From contig CAWBHS010000022.1 in NCBI GenBank assembly GCA_963788655.1, forward strand, positions 96,001 to 160,000: a DNA stretch of 64,000 nucleotides, in the 5' to 3' direction. The first letter of the stretch is position 1. Every line of letters begins with the position of its first letter. The position numbers and the translations under genes were made by a program. The notes beneath the pieces were generated by a model that was not told the DNA's origin, ran no database searches, and saw only the letters and a program-made list of their open reading frames with translations. This document shows, piece by piece, positions 1 to 12,000 of this stretch. The stretch comes from an uncultured Verrucomicrobiae bacterium. GTDB taxonomy: Bacteria; Verrucomicrobiota; Verrucomicrobiia; Limisphaerales; JAFGQR01.

Positions 1-3000
1 GCCGCCGTCGATGGTGTCATTGCCCGCATAACCGAATATGCGATCGTTGCCGGCGCCGCCAATCAATACATCCGCGCTGTCGGTGCCATGAATGATGTCG
101 TTACCATCACCGCCTTCGACACGCAGCATCCCGCCCTGGCCGCCGTTTAAAGTGTGCGCGCCATCACGAGCGGTCTCCGAAACCGCCGCCAAGCCAACCA
201 AGATCGCGTCATTCCCGCCGAAGGTGCGTATCGTCGTCGGCGCATTGGCCAAGGCGTTGGCCAGGTTCACAGTGTCGTCGTCTTCGTCGGTGGTGATGGT
301 CAATGAACTGCCCGTGATGTCGCCGCGCAGGTCCACCACGCTGCCCAATAACGGATCGGCATTGCCGTAATCGCCGCGGATCGTCACCGCATTGGCCGCC
401 GCGATCAGCCGGTTGGCGGAACCATCCAAATCGTCGGCCACGTTCAGTGTAATCGCCCCCTGCGGCGCGGTGACCGTCGAGCCTTCCAGCAGCACGAGGT
501 CTTCGCCTTCGAACGCCGAATCTTGCAGCGTCACGGTGATGTCGCCGGTCTCCGAATTGATCTGGTAGGCGTGCAACGCCGAGTTCGCCGCCAGCAGGGT
601 GACAATATTGTGCGCGGACAGGTCGGTGCTGCGATACAGGCTCAACGCGCTGACGTCCGTGTTGGTGACCTCGGGCTGGATGCGGGCAATGTCGGATTCC
701 AAAATCCGCGTGATGGTCCCATTGTCGTCCAGGTAAATGGCATCGCCGCGGATCGTGTGCGCGGTGCCGCTCGCGACCGTCGGATCGAGGGCAACGCGGA
801 AGTTGTGCTTGCTGCCGCTGGCCAAGGTGGCGTCGAGGTCAATTACCGGCGTGCCGGCCAACGCGTCGGCGAGCGACGCTGCCAATTGGATCGTGTTCGG
901 CCCCAGCGCAATCACGTAATACACCGTATCGCTCGTCAATCCGCCGATGGCCGATCCGCCGCCCGTGTCGTAAATCACCGCCTGGCCAGTCGCATAACCG
1001 TGCGCATAGCCAAGGTCAATCACGTCGCGCGCGTCATCCACGGCCTTGGCCGGATTGAAAAACGCTTCCACGCTGATGGTATGCGCGCTGCCCGTGGCGA
1101 CGGACGCGTCGAGGTCAATGCTTTCAACATCCAGGCTGTGCGCAGTGCCGCTGCCCACCGAACCGTCGAGATCAATGACCCCACCGGCGGGTGTGGCCGT
1201 CAGGAGGATCGTGGTGGCGTTGACCACCCGCACGTAATACGTCACCCCGTTGGTCAAGCCGCCGATGCTCGTGCCGCCCCCATTGCGATAGGTCACCGCA
1301 TCGCCATCAGAGAAGCCGTGATCGAAGCCAAAATTGATGCTGTCATTGGCGCTGTTCACGCCGAGCGTCGGATCGATCTGTTGAAGCGCCTTCAGACTAT
1401 GCGTGCCGGAGGCAGCCGAACCGTCCAGTTCAATACCTTCCACGGCTACGCTGTGAGCGCTGCCCGTCGCCACCGCTCCATTGAGATTGATGATGACCGG
1501 AATGGCGGCAACCGCATCGGCGTGCGTGGCGGCCAGTTTGATGGTCGTGCCGTTCACCACGACCGCGTAATACGTCACGCCATCCGTCAGCCCGCTGATG
1601 CTCGAACCACCACCGTTGCGATAGGTGACCGCCTGCCCGGTTAACAAGCCATGCGCATAACCGAGGTCGATGGTTTCGGCGCCACTCTTCACGGCGGAGG
1701 CCGGATCAAAAGTCGGTGGCAGCGTCTGGGCGTCCGCTTGAGTCAGTGCCAGCTTGATCGAAGTCGGACCGACCACGCGCACGAAGTAAATTGTGTTGTT
1801 GGTTAACCCGCTGATGGGGGCCCCGCCATTCGTGCGGTAAAGCACTGGATCGCCGTTGTTGAAAACCGGCGCGACGCCCAGATCAATGGTATCCGTTGCG
1901 GCATTCACCTGGGCAACTGGATCGATGAACAAATCGGCGTTGAGACTGTGGGCGGTTCCCGTCGCGACACTACCATTCAGATCGATGATGACGGGTGTGG
2001 CTGCTTCGGCGTCGGCCTGGGAGGCGGCGAGTTGGATCGTGGTCGCATCCACTACACGGACGTAATACACGGTTCCGTCGGTCAGATTACCAATACTCGT
2101 GCCACCGCCGTTCCGATACAGCACCGCCTGACCGGTCACCAGGCGATGTTCGAAGCCCAGGTTGATGGTGTCATTCGTGCTGTTCACCGCGCCCGCCGGA
2201 TCGAAGACCGTTTCAGCGTAGAAACTGTGCGCGGTTCCCGTGGCGGCATCGGAATTCAGATCAATGAAGACCGGTGTGCCGGCCAGCGCGTCCGCTTGCG
2301 AAGCGGCCAATTGGATGGTGGTGGCGTCCAGCTTGATCGCGTAATAGATCGTTCCGTTCGTCAAGCCACCGATGCTCGTGCCGCCGCCATTGAGGTAACG
2401 GACCGGTTGGCCGGTAGTGAAACCGTGCGCCCGCCCGAAATTGATCGTGTCCGACGCGCTGTTCACCGTGGGCATTGGATCGAACGTCCGCGGCACCGCC
2501 AGCGCCGCTTCCTTGGTCATCGCCAGTTTGATCGTCGTCGCATCCACGACCCGCACAAAATAGGTTTCGCCATTGACCAACCCGCCAACGCTGGTGCCGC
2601 CGCCATTGCGATACACAATCGCGTCACCATCCGCCAAACCGTGCGGCGCGCCCAGGTCGATGGTTTCCTGGTCGCTGTCCACCTGCGTCGCGGGATCGAT
2701 CACCGTGTCCACCCGTTCCAGCGCTTCGACCTCCGAGCGCGCCAATTGGATGGTGGTGGGATTCACCACCCGCACGTAATAGACTTCGCCATCGACCAGG
2801 CCGCCGATGCTCGTGTCGCCGCCGTTGTTGTAAATGACGCGCTCGCCGGGAGTGAATCCGTGTTCGTAACCGAACTGGATGGTGTTCGCCGCGCCGTTCA
2901 CCGCCACCGCCGGATTAAAACGCTCATCCACCAGCAGACCGGAGAGCGTCGGACCGCTCCGCAACACCACGGCAATCCGGCCCGTGGGCGTCTGACTGTT

Positions 3001-6000
3001 GATCGTGCCGGGGCCGATATTGACATCCACTTCGCCCGCCGCGGAGACAATCGAAATCAAATCCACCACCAGGTCGGCATCGGGCCGTGGATCGCGGAGA
3101 ATGCCATTCAATTGGAGGTAAATGCTGTCCTGCGCCTCTGCCAACAGCGACGGCACCGGCAAATCATCCGTCTTCACCAATCCGGCCTGCAATCGCGTCG
3201 CTGCCGTGCCGAGCCCGCCGCCGGTGGTGGTGAATTCAAGCTGGCGCGTTTCCAGTGACTGGCCGATACCCGCGAGGATGTCGCCGCCGGCGTTGTGAAT
3301 TAGCGTGGCGCCAATCGGGTTATCGATGAATCCGGCGAGGACGATGTCGTTCAGCGCGCCGCTCGGGTTGGCGGTGTTTTCAATGAGGATGGTGCATTGG
3401 TTGTCGTGCGGATTGACGGTGGATTGGAAACCGCCCCGGTCCAGACGCAGCACCTGCACGATTGGCTGGCTGCGGTCAAAGACTTCGATGTTCCCGATTT
3501 GCAGGTCCTTGGTCGAGTGGTTGATGATGGTGACGTGATCAAAGGATGTTTCGAACTGGAACGTGGCGGTGCCGCTCAGCGAAGCCGAAGATGAACCGGA
3601 GGTGAACAGCGCGCTGCCCAACCGGTTGGCCAGGTCGGCCACAACAACGGTGTTCCCTACGACCGACGCACGGGGCGGCGAACCGGGTCCAAGGTCCGTC
3701 ACAATGGTGCCGGCGGCGTCCACTTCGATTTCCACGTCGGGGCCGCTGTAAATGATTACGTTGGCATTGAAGAGAATCGTGCTGGCGGGCGAGTAATGAC
3801 GATTCTCACTCGTGAAAGTAATTCCGAGCAGGAAATTGGCGCGAGCGGAAGCGCGCGCAGTAACACTGGCCGGAACTACGGTGGACTCGACACGGAGCAT
3901 CCGCGTTTCCAGCAGTGAACCGTCCTGCACTTCCACGTTGGATTTCGGCGCGAACGTGAGGCTGGCATTGGCGTCGGCGAAACCGATGCTGCACTGCGCG
4001 TCCGCAGTCGCACTCCCGCTCAAGCCGCCCATCGTAGCGGCAAGTGCGAGTTCGTCAGTTCCAGTCAGGTGATTGTTCTGGCCTACGATGACTTCCGCAT
4101 TCGCGTTAACATCTACGTTTGCGTCGGCTTCGGAATCCGCCCCCACCGCGCGGGCCCGGGTGTCTGAATTGGCCTTCGTGTGCAACAGCGCAATCTCGGC
4201 CAGCAACGCCGCACTGCCGGCCTCGATGGTGACGCCTTCGCCCAGTTTCGTGAGCGTGCGGCCTGCCAGCGTAGTCGTGCCCGAGAGGCTGGTGTCGGCA
4301 TCCGCATGCGCGCTGGCGCCCAACCCGGCGGCATTGGAATCGGAATCGGCGCTGGCGTTGCTCGAAGTGAGCGCGTGGAACAGGAGGTTTTCGGAGGCCA
4401 AAACTTTCGCTCCGTCGCCCACGCCCACAGTGGTTTCGTAATCCACCGAGGTTCCGGAATCTGCCCGCGACACACCGATCAGACCGGCGCCACGCGCTTT
4501 CGTGTTCGAGGTGGCGTTGTGCGTCGATTCGGCGATGATCGTAAAGTCGCCGCCCGCATGCGCGGACACGCCATCGTCCAAGTAAGCCCCGTTGTTATCA
4601 TTGATCGCGGCGTCGGCCACCGCGGCGCCTTTGCCAAAGACGCCAAACGCGCGACCATCCGCATCCGCGTTCGCCAGGTGGCTGGCGCGCGACGTGATCG
4701 CAACGTTGCCGCCCGCGATGACGGAAGTGCCCGCGCCGACTTCGGCTTCGACAGACGCAGTGGAACTGGCGTCGGCGCGGGTCGCTTCCAATCCGATCAA
4801 ACCGCCGGCCGTCGCACTGGCGTCCGCGGTGGCGCCGTGGCCGGTCAGCACGTTGCCGAGCAGATCGTAATTGTGCGCGGTTTGCAGGGTGAGATTGCCG
4901 CCGGCATTGATGGTAGCGTTGCTGCCAATGGCCGTGCTCACAGTGGCGTTCACCCGAGCGTCGGCGTCGGTCTCGCCGCGCGCCAATAAACCAAAAACCG
5001 CCCCCGGCGCTTCGGCGTATGCGTCGGCGTCCGACAGAGCCGTGAGCGAAATGTCACCGGCCACTTTGACGACGCTGTTGGAACCAATCGCCGTGCTGAT
5101 ATTGGGCGTTGTCCGCGCGTCGGCTTCCGCGCCAATTCCAGCGAGCAGTCCACCGCTGGCGGCTTCGGCGACGGCATGGGTGGTATTGATCCCTTGCGCC
5201 AGCAGCACGAGGTCGTTGGCGCCCGTCACCGAGCCATTCAGGTGAATCGCCGTCGTGCCGCCGACTGTGGCGGTGGCTTTGCTGGAACCCCAGGCCACGA
5301 GGCCAATCGACAGCGCATACGCATCGGCTTGAGCATCGTTAAACGCTTTCGCTTCGAGCGTGATGTCCTGTCCGGCGTGCAGCGTGGAACCGCTACTGAC
5401 TTCGGTGTTGAGATCGGCCGTTGCCGTGGCTTCGGGCACGGTGCCGTTGGCCGCCAGGAATCCACCAACCGGTGCGTGTGCTTCGGCTTCCGCACCTTTC
5501 CCGGCAAGTGCGCCGCCCGGACCGAAGTTGTGCCAGGCCCGAAGAAGAATGTTGTTACCGGCGGTGACGTTGCTGTTCGCGCCGATGAAGGTTTGGAGCG
5601 TGGGCGCAATTTCGGCGCTCGCCAGGCTAAGTCCGAACGCCGCCGCCCCCAGTTGGAACCGGAAGAGATGGGCCGTCGCGTCCGCAGTGGATTGAGAAAC
5701 GACATTTACGTCATGCGCCACCTGGACATTCGCATTCGCACCGATGGAAGCCCGAAGATCCGGGGCAATTTCGATGTCCGCGAAATTAACGGCACCACTC
5801 CCAATGCCCACCGAGATGGCGTGCGCTTGGCCGGTCGCTTCAATGTTCGTGGTGGCGTTGATCGAAAGATCGTTGACCGCCTGACCTTGAGTTTGCCCTA
5901 CGTTGACGCCATCGCCAAGGTAGGCTTGCGTCAGGCCCTCGGCGGTGACTTTGGTAAACGCCGCCCCGGCCACCACCGCGCCGAGTTGGGCTTCGCCGGC

Positions 6001-9000
6001 GGTGGCGGAAATGGTTTCGTTGCGGTCGGCATCCACGTTGACGGTATCGGCTTGCGTGATCGAGGAACCGGCAGCAACGAAAGCGATCTGCGTGTGCTCC
6101 GCCTTCAGCACGACCACCGCCGCGCCTAATAAAACAAATCCCGATTGGCCGGCCAGGGCGGTGGTTTCGAGATCGGAGGTCAGTCCGGCAATCACGTTGA
6201 TGTCGCCGTTGGCCGTCAGCGTGCCCGAAGCGTACGCCAGCGTGTTGCTGGACACATCCGCCACCACCACGGAAGCGCCGATGCCCACCACGCCGAACAC
6301 CGCGCCGCCGGCAAGCGCGTCAAAGCCGATGTCTTCCAACGCCCGCACGTTGATGTCGCCCCCGGCAACAATCACCGCGCTGCCGTCAATGAACGCCGAC
6401 GTGCCCGGCGGCGTGGCGGTGGTCGTGTTGACCGCATTAGTGACGCGCTGCTGCGTGGGCGCCTGGCCGGAGATGGCGGACGTGGCTTGTTGCAGGCCGC
6501 TGCCGAGTTGCCGGGTGCTCTCGGTGGCGACGGACGGATTGCCGGAGCCGTCTTCGTAATTGCCCAATTGCAGCGAAATGGGGCTGTGCGTTTTCTCCGC
6601 TTCCTGGCCGGCAAACGCATCACTGGTTTGCGCGTTGATGTTGGCATCGCCTTGGAGGCTGTTGGCGGAATTGGCGCCGTCCGAGTAACTCGGATCGAAC
6701 ATCGAACCCAGCGACCAAACACTCACCGAACCCGCCAAGGCCACGCCGCCCACGCCGAGACTCAACGCAAAGCTGTTTACGTCTTTCAGCGAAAGCGCAT
6801 TCACATCCACGTCCCGCGACGCATGCACATTCGATCCGGAACCGATGGAAGCCGTGGTATCGTTCTCGACGCGGCCAATATCCACTCCACCGGCCAATGC
6901 CCCGATGCCCACCGCGTGCCCGCCGGCAATGGTCAGAACGTCCACCGCGTTGGCCGCCGAGACGTTCACGCTTTGGAGATTGTTGACGTTCGACCGGTCG
7001 GTATTGATGTCCGCCAACGCGCCGATAAACGCCTTGGTGTCTGAATCAATCAACGTAACCGTCACGCCGCCCGCGACGCCGAAGAACAGCCCGCCGCCGC
7101 CAGCCGGGGCGATGTTCAGCACGTCTTCGCTCGAGGATGACTGCACCGCCACGCCGCGGATGTTCTCCGTCGAGAAGGATGAGGTAATGCCGCCGTCGAA
7201 AACCGTCAGGTCGCCCGCCTGGCCTTTGGCATCCACCGTGGCGCTGGCGCCGATCCAGGAACGGGTGTCCTTGTTGAGAATCATGACACCGACCGAATGG
7301 CCGCCACCGCCGATGTAAATGCCCACGCCGGCGCTGGCGGCAATCATGTTCACCTGGGTGTCGTCACGCGACGAAACCAGCACGTTGCCGTCAGCCGTGA
7401 CGATGGCGCCGTCGCCGATCCAGGCGAACGTGGTCGCATCGAGGGTCAACACCGAAACGGCGCCGGAAATGGACACGGCTCCGGAGACCGCCAATCCGGC
7501 CGTAATGGACAGAACGTCTTCGTCGGCGTGTGCGACAACCTGCACATCCCGGCGGGCTTGGACATGCGCGTCGTCGCCAATGTGCGCCTGAGTGTTCAGC
7601 GTTACCACACTCACGTCCGCGCCCGGCGCCACGGCAAACACCACACCTCCTGCACCTACGCCGCCGATGCCCAAGTGATAGTAATCATTACCCGCAACTA
7701 CCCGCACGGTTTGCGCGCTGTCCGCGCCGGTGTTGTTCTCGTTCACCCGGGCGCCGTCACCGATGAAGGCGTTGGTGGTGACGTTCAGGATGTGTACCGA
7801 ACCGCCAATGTTCACCGAACCCACGACGCCGAAGCCGCCGCTAACGGCGATGGTCTCGATGTCATCCTGGTTGGTGGCGGTGACGGCCAGACCTTTGAAG
7901 AATTGGGTTTGCGCGGAAGCAGTCCGTTGTCCGGTCAACGCGGCGTCGGTCAATTCGCTTTGGCCATCACCGTTCGCGTCCGCGTTCTGCGAATTGCCAC
8001 TGGTGGACGGCGGTGCTTTGACTTCGCCCAAGGCGCTCAGACTGTGTTGTGCGCCGGTGGCCACCGAAGCGTCCAGATCGATGATCGGCGTCCCGGCGAG
8101 CGCGTCGGTTTTGGTAGCGGCCAGTTGGATCGTGTTTGCATCAAGCACGATGACGAAATACTCATCTTCGTTCGTCAACCCGCCGATGTCCGCGCCGCCG
8201 CCGTTCCGGTAAATCACGGCGTCACCGGTGGTGAAATTGTGCCCGGCACTGAACGTGATGGTGTCGTTGCCGCTGTGGACGTCGTTGGCCGGATTGATGA
8301 AGTCCGGCACGAACGAAACGGTGAATTGGCCGGTGTCGGCATTCAATCCCGGCGTCTGACCCAACGCGGTAATGACGGTATCGTCGCCAACGAAAGCTTC
8401 GATAGTCTTGTTGATGAGGTTGACCGCGGCGGCCGCGCCGGCGGTCACCCCGGCGGAACCACCGATGTTGCCGGCGATCTGGTCCAATTCGGTGTCGTCC
8501 GTGGCGCTAATCAGAATGTTGCCGTTCGCCTGAACAGTCGTGGTGCCCGCGGGCGTTACCGCATCATCCGGATCGTCGCCGATGAAGGCGCGCGTGGTGA
8601 TCGTCATCACATAAACACTGGCCGATCCCATAATGGCTGCGCTGCCACCAATGGCCGCGCCGGGCGCAATGGAAGCAAGGTCTTCCCTGGAATCCGCCAA
8701 CACTTGCACGTCGCCATCCGCCGTCACGGTCACGTCGTGCGCAATGAAAGCCTGCGTACCCTTGTTGATGACTGCCACGTCGGCACCGGCCGCCACCCCA
8801 ACGGTGCCGCCGATGCCCAGTCCACCGGCGGCGCTGATCAGCTTGGTGTCATCTTCGGCGCGTACCATTACGCTCGGATCACTGGCTGCACTGATGGCGT
8901 CCACCTGTGTTCCCGCACCAATGGAGGCGTGAGTGGTGTCGGTCAGCGTATTGACGGTCGCCGAGCCCGCGATTCCGGCCGTGGCCGAACCGCCGCCCGT

Positions 9001-12000
9001 TATCGCCAGGGTGAAGATGTCTTCGGACGAAATGGAGGTGACCGCCAATCCCGCATTACCGCCGGTGGCCAAATGGGCATTGCCGCCAATCGAAGCTTGA
9101 ACGGTGTCGTCGCGAACCAACGTAGTGTTGGACGCGCCCACGCCCGCATCGCCGCCAATGCCCAAGCCGCCGGCAATCAAGTCGATCTCGGCTTCATTGC
9201 TCGCAGACACGGTGAGGTTACCACCTGCATCCAGCGTGGCATTGCCGGCTACTTGAGCGTCCGTCTCGGCATCGATGACATACACGGAAGCCGCGCCACT
9301 GACGCCAACACTCTGCCCGCCGCTGACATTCGCGGCCAGCGAAGTGATGCTGTTTTCGGATTGTGCTTGAACGGAAATATCATCCCGCGCGTGAACGGCG
9401 GCGCCATTGCCAATCGTTGCCTGGGTGTCCTGATTGAGCACCCCGATCTCCACGCTCGCACCCACGCCGACCGACGATCCAATGGCGACCACGCCGGCGG
9501 CGTTCACCAAGCGAGTGTAAGCGACGGCGGATAGGATTACGGTTTGAGTCGGCAACGGGGCGCCAAGAATTGTAGCAGCGGACGTGAGTCCGCTCTGCCT
9601 TTCTTCGGCGGAGAAGTGAGCGGACTCACGTCCGCTGCTACCAGTTTCTTGGGCGGGCGCCACGGGCACATTGATTTGCGCGTCGTCGCCGATGGTGGCT
9701 TCGGTGGTTTCGCTCAGAATGGTTACCACCACGGAACCAGCCACCGAGGTTTCGTCGGAGAGCGAGCCGCTGACGGCAATGGCCAGGGGGAACAGGTCGA
9801 AGTCCAGGTTGATGCCAATATCAATATCCACGGGCGCCAACGAATAATTCGCGGTGACGGACAGCGAGTCATTCGCATCGGCCCGAACGCGCGCGCCCAG
9901 CGAAGCGCGCGTGGTGTTGTCGATGTAATTGACCGCCACCGATGCGCCCACGCCCACGTTGCCTTTGCTGAAGACTCCCGCGCCGGCGATGTTCTGCAAT
10001 TCCATTTCGTTCTCCGCTTGAACGGTGATGCCAGCGGCAGAATTCAACGACGCATCATCGCTCACGAGGGCCTGGCTGCTGGTCGTGAGCACCAGGATGG
10101 AAATGGAACCCGCCACGCCAGTTTCTTCGGCGCCACTGCCGGCCAAGGCACGCTCGGTGTAGGCGTTCGGATCCGTGGCGCCCATTAAACCTTGCACCGT
10201 TATCGAAGCAGCCGACACACTGACGCCAGTGCCGATGGATGCCTCGGCAGTCAAGTTGGGAATATTCAACGCCACCGCGGCACCGACGCTGGTGTCGGAA
10301 TCTGTCGCTATGGCATCGGCGGTTGCAGTTGCGGGAACATCAGCGGAAGCGATGAGGCTGAAGTGGCCGTTGGCCTCGATGGTCTGGTTCGCCGCTACTG
10401 AGGCAGTGCTCTCGACAATCACCACATTCACGCTCAGCGCCGCGGCCACTCCAACGTCCGCGGAATCGCTCTTGGTCTTGTCGGAGGATTGGTTGTTGGC
10501 GTTCCCCAGCAGTCCCTTGACCGCGGGTATGACCGCGTCGGAGCCCGCGAAGCTTGCCTGATCACTGGTTTGCTGGTCGGCATCCTTGTCGTCGGGTTTG
10601 CTGCCTTTGGCACTGGCTTTCGCGGTGGCGTTGCTCGTTGTGATGGCGCGGGATGCAATCGATACCGCACCGCCGGCGTTGACGCTCCGGGCTACATTTG
10701 CGACCGCGGCTTCTTCGACCACCGCCAGAACCAACGAAGCCCCGACCGCCACGTCCGTCGCGGCGGTCGTTCCGTCAGCCGAGGTTTCCACTTCGGCGGT
10801 GTGCTTCGCTTCAACCGTTAAATCACCTGTCGCGTTCAACGTGTTGCCGCTGCCCAGATGAGCGGTCGTGTCCGAAGCCTCAATTGAAATGGCCACCGCG
10901 GCGGCCACCGCCGTGCCGCCGGAACTGCCGGTTTGCGCCGTCGTAGTCACGGTGGTGGTAAAGGTCGCGGACACGGTGACGTCGCGGGCGGTTCCGTTCA
11001 CCTGCGCCGTGTCGGCAATCTCCGCACGAGTCGCATTGGCATCATTGGTGGCAAAGGCAAAATTGAGCGCCGCCGAGGCGCCCACGCCCACATCTTCACC
11101 CGAAGCCCCGCCCTCGGCCGGTTTGGCGGTAGCGACGCTGCTTGAGGTCTTCACCGCGCGCACGATGAGGTCACCACCATTCAACGCGATGGCTGCGCCG
11201 GGAAGAATGCGCGCTTCGGTGCGATTGTTCACCAGGTTCAGTGCCAGCGAACCGGCCACGCCAACGTCCTTGGCGCCGGCGCCAGAAGTGGCTTCGGCCG
11301 TGATCGTGTGCGTGGTGTCGCCAGAAACGTCGGTCATCACTGACTCAACCGTGACTCCCTGCGCGTTGACGCTGGCGTTGTTTCCAATGCTGGCCGCGTT
11401 GACGGCTTCCACGTAATTGATCGCCACGGCGGCGCCAACGCCGGTCGAACTCTTGACGGTGGTGGCGTTGGAGTTGGCGGAAGCGTCCACGTTGTTGGAG
11501 GTGCTTACAGTGAATTGACCGGCGGCAATCACCGAGGTGTTGTCCGCCAACGCTGCTTCGGCTTGAGCGATGACAATGTTCAAAGCCAGCGTCGCGGCCA
11601 CCCCGACTGGTCCGTCGCTGGTTTCGGCGGAAGGCGTATCGTCCGAGGAAGTGCCGCCGGTGTTTTCCGCGTGGTCCTTTTGCGCTTTAACCTGCTGGTC
11701 GGAATTGTCCTGCGACCCGGTCTTGCTGGAATCGGTGCCTTTGGCGCTGGCTTTACCGTCGCTCATGGCGGAGGACGAGGCGTGACTGCTGATCATGGCC
11801 GCTCCACCCGCGTCCAGATCACGCGCAACAGTGGCGAAGGTCGTATCATTGATAATGTTCAGAGCCAGCGAAGCGCCAACCGCAACATCGGCCCCGGCGG
11901 CTTCGCCATCGGCAGTGGTGGTGACATTGCCGGTGTGGGTAGCAGCGGCGCCGAAATCGCGGGTCAGGGTGGTCGGGTTGCCGGTACCAAACCGGGCCGT

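Noticed and set aside
830..2919. Periodic DNA similarity that could be taken for a CRISPR array
   Set aside because: The repeats are diverged, in-frame protein repeats rather than identical direct repeats with unique spacers, and there are no cas genes.
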